Positions 61,955 through 64,000 of a stretch of DNA of 64,000 nucleotides are shown piece after piece (position 1 is the stretch's first letter; each line of letters starts with the position of its first letter). The position numbers and the translations under genes were made by a program. The notes below the pieces were generated by a model. The model had not been told where the DNA came from. It did no database searches and saw only the letters and a list, made by a program, of their open reading frames with translations. Location of the stretch: positions 288,001 through 352,000 of the forward strand of contig OZ244587.1 in NCBI GenBank assembly GCA_965218095.1. Reading direction: 5' to 3'. This DNA is from Candidatus Poribacteria bacterium (GTDB taxonomy: Bacteria > Poribacteria > WGA-4E > PCPOR2b).

Positions 61955-63053
61955 TTCAAGATGACCATCTTACGGGTTTCCTCGTAGTCGTTGGTCGTCA
62001 GTGTGTAGAAGTACACCCTAGCTGCGACCGGTTCCCTGTGTTCGTTGCGGCCATCCCAATATGCCGCCTTCGTCCGATAGGTGTAGAAGCCCGCCTTCTG
62101 ATGCCCCAGAGCAAATTGACGCACTAACGCGCCGTTGATGTCGTAGATCGAGATCTGCACATCGGTGTCGTTGGCGAGTTGGTAAGGCATCCACGTCTCC
62201 GGGTTGAACGGGTTAGGATAGTTCTGCAACAGCGCGGTTTCTGTCATGGTTGGTCGTTGCAAACGCGGCGTGATAGGCGTGATGTGCGACGACATATCCC
62301 ACAGCAGAATCGTTCCATCATTTGCTCCCGATGCGAGGAGGGTGCCGTCGGGCGAAAACGCCACAAACTTAACCTCATACCTATGCTCTTGTAGTGTGTT
62401 GATGTTTCGGCCGGTCGAAACCTCCCATAATTTGACCGTTCCATCACCATCCCCCGATGCGAGGACGGTGCCGTCGGGCGAAAATGCCACAGAATAGACT
62501 CCATCCGTATGCCTGTGTAGTGTCGCGAGATTTCGTCCCGTTTCTACATCCCACAGTTTGAGTTTCCCCTCTTCGGGGAAGTTACCCCTTGCCCCCGATG
62601 CGATTTTTGTGCCATTGATCGAAAACGCCACAGAGTAGACCGCACCCCTATGCCCTTGTAGTGTGGCGATGTTTTGTCCGGTCGAAACCTTCCACAGTTT
62701 GACCGTTTCATCATAAGACCCTGACGCGAGGACGGTGCCGTCGGGCGAAAACGCTACAGAGTTGCCCCCATCTGTATGCCCTTGGAGTGTAGCGATGTTT
62801 TGTCCGGTCGCAACGTCCCACAGTTTAACCCCTCCTGCTTCGCCGGACTTATCCCATGACGCCGATGCGAGTTTTGTGCCGTCGGGCGAGAACGCCATAG
62901 ACTCGACTATCCGCGCATGCCCTTGGAGTGTAGCGATGTTTCGTCCGGTCGAAACCTCCCACAGGTTGATTATTCCACCCTCTGCCCCCGACGCGAGAAT
63001 GATGCTGTCGGGCGAAAACACTATATCACGGGCCGACCCTTTATGCCCTTTTA

Positions 63054-63901
63054 GGTTCTGTTGACATTTGAGTATAAGGTTGTGGCATAATAGAAGAATG
63101 ACGCCAATAACCTTACCTGATGAACAATGGAATAAGATATACCGGTTTCTTCTTAGCTGTCCCACCATCTATGTTGGCGACGAAGCTGCTACACGCCGCT
63201 TCGTCGAAGCAGTTCTGTGGGTGACTCGTAGTGGCGCTCAATGGAGACTTCTACCAGACACCTATGGCAAATGGAACACCCGCTACAAGCGGTTTGCTCG
63301 ATGGTGCGACAAAGGTATCTTCACACAGATGCACCACCACTTCGCCTCTGACCCCGATATCGAGTCGCTTATTGTGGACAGTACCATCTGCCGCGCTCAC
63401 CCGTCTGCGGCGGGCGCCTTAAAAAGCTGGCGCCTTAAAAAAAAGGGTGGCACTGAAAACCAAGCATTAGGTCGCTCTCGGGGCGGTTTCAGTACAAAAA
63501 ATCACATCACAGTTGACGGACTAGGCAATCCCCTAAGAATTCATCTGACACCCGGTCAGAGACATGACATAACTGAGGCGGAAGGGTTGATAATCGGATA
63601 TAACAGTGAATATGTGATTGGAGACAAGGGGTACGATTCGGACGCTTTTATCGCCGTTATTGAGGCGAATGGAGCAATTGCGGTGATACCGCCAAAAAGT
63701 CATCGTGTTGACCAAAGAACGTATGACAAACACTTATACAAAGAGAGACATCGGGTTGAATGTTTCATCAACAAGATAAAATGGTATCGTCGTATCTTCT
63801 CTCGGTTTGTCTCTCGGTTTGAGAAGCTAGCTGTCCGTTATTTTGGATTTCTCAGCTTTGTCGCCACTCTTATATGGCTCCGTTGAAATGTCAACAGAAC
63901 C
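63054..63901 (+). mobile_element. IS5-family (IS427-like) element, 848 bp
   Basis: 16-bp perfect IR GGTTCTGTTGACATTT/AAATGTCAACAGAACC; TA duplication at 63052-63053 and 63902-63903. Confidence 0.95.
63098..63886 (+). CDS. IS5-family transposase, OrfA and OrfB in one frame
   Basis: RSGAQWRLLP..YGKW, VDST..RAH, GRSRGGFSTK, GDKGYDS, YKERHRVECF. Confidence 0.93.
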   Translation: MTPITLPDEQWNKIYRFLLSCPTIYVGDEAATRRFVEAVLWVTRSGAQWRLLPDTYGKWNTRYKRFARWCDKGIFTQMHHHFASDPDIESLIVDSTICRAHPSAAGALKSWRLKKKGGTENQALGRSRGGFSTKNHITVDGLGNPLRIHLTPGQRHDITEAEGLIIGYNSEYVIGDKGYDSDAFIAVIEANGAIAVIPPKSHRVDQRTYDKHLYKERHRVECFINKIKWYRRIFSRFVSRFEKLAVRYFGFLSFVATLIWLR

Positions 63902-64000
63902 TAGTGTGGCGATGTTTTGACCGGTCAAAACATCCCACAGTTTGACTGTCTTATCATCAGACCTCGATACGAGGAAGATACCGTTGGGCGAAAATACCAC

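Larger units (their letters stand above)
61951..64000 (-). pseudogene. WD40-repeat protein with a FlgD-Ig/T9SS-like C-terminal tail, interrupted by IS5; 5' end lies outside the window
   Basis: SVAFSPDG..LASG..D.TVKLW repeats on both sides of the IS; LLQNYPNPFNPETWMPYQLA tail. Removing the IS restores IATLKGH. Confidence 0.9.

Noticed and set aside
62280-63050. WD40 nucleotide repeats as a diversity-generating retroelement template/variable pair
   Set aside because: They are coding repeats with differences at all bases, and no reverse transcriptase is present.
63054-63168. N-terminus of ORF 61951..63168
   Set aside because: It is read from the antisense strand of the IS5 element; the real WD40 gene continues at 63904-64000.

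Overview
A bacterial chromosomal window of about 50% GC. The host is probably Candidatus Poribacteria or a relative; this is inferred from the 'LLQNYPNPFNPETW' C-terminal tails, WD40/HEAT/FG-GAP repeat proteins, a PhyH dioxygenase and a DUF6785-like membrane protein. Core content is lnt, recA, a complete Pup-proteasome operon (arc-dop-pup-prcB-prcA-pafA), ppdK, an orphan sucC, a lipoprotein serpin, proS and a block of catabolic enzymes. Accessory content has four parts. (1) At the left edge is an operon-like trio of a DNA methyltransferase, a MutH/Sau3AI-like nuclease and a tRNA-guanine-transglycosylase-fold protein; the last is missing from the ORF track because it runs off the window. (2) A small defence islet carries a type IIG/ISP-like R-M enzyme, DUF4062-like and DUF4268-like genes. 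(3) A HEAT-repeat gene is bounded by attC-like sites. (4) At the right is a 3.1-kb insertion (58817-61954) with no recognisable transposase of its own. It has two DUF1670 genes, 13-bp sub-terminal inverted repeats 7 and 3 nt from its ends, a TT core, and a promoter-driven structured non-coding segment at its right end, i.e. an IS1111-like layout with a different protein family. This element and the TGT trio are the best candidates for undescribed systems. The window also has two DDE IS elements, a MITE, many REP-like palindromes (three inside a gene, in frame) and about ten decaying genes. No rRNA, tRNA or CRISPR array was seen. All family calls come from motif recognition by eye, not database searches.
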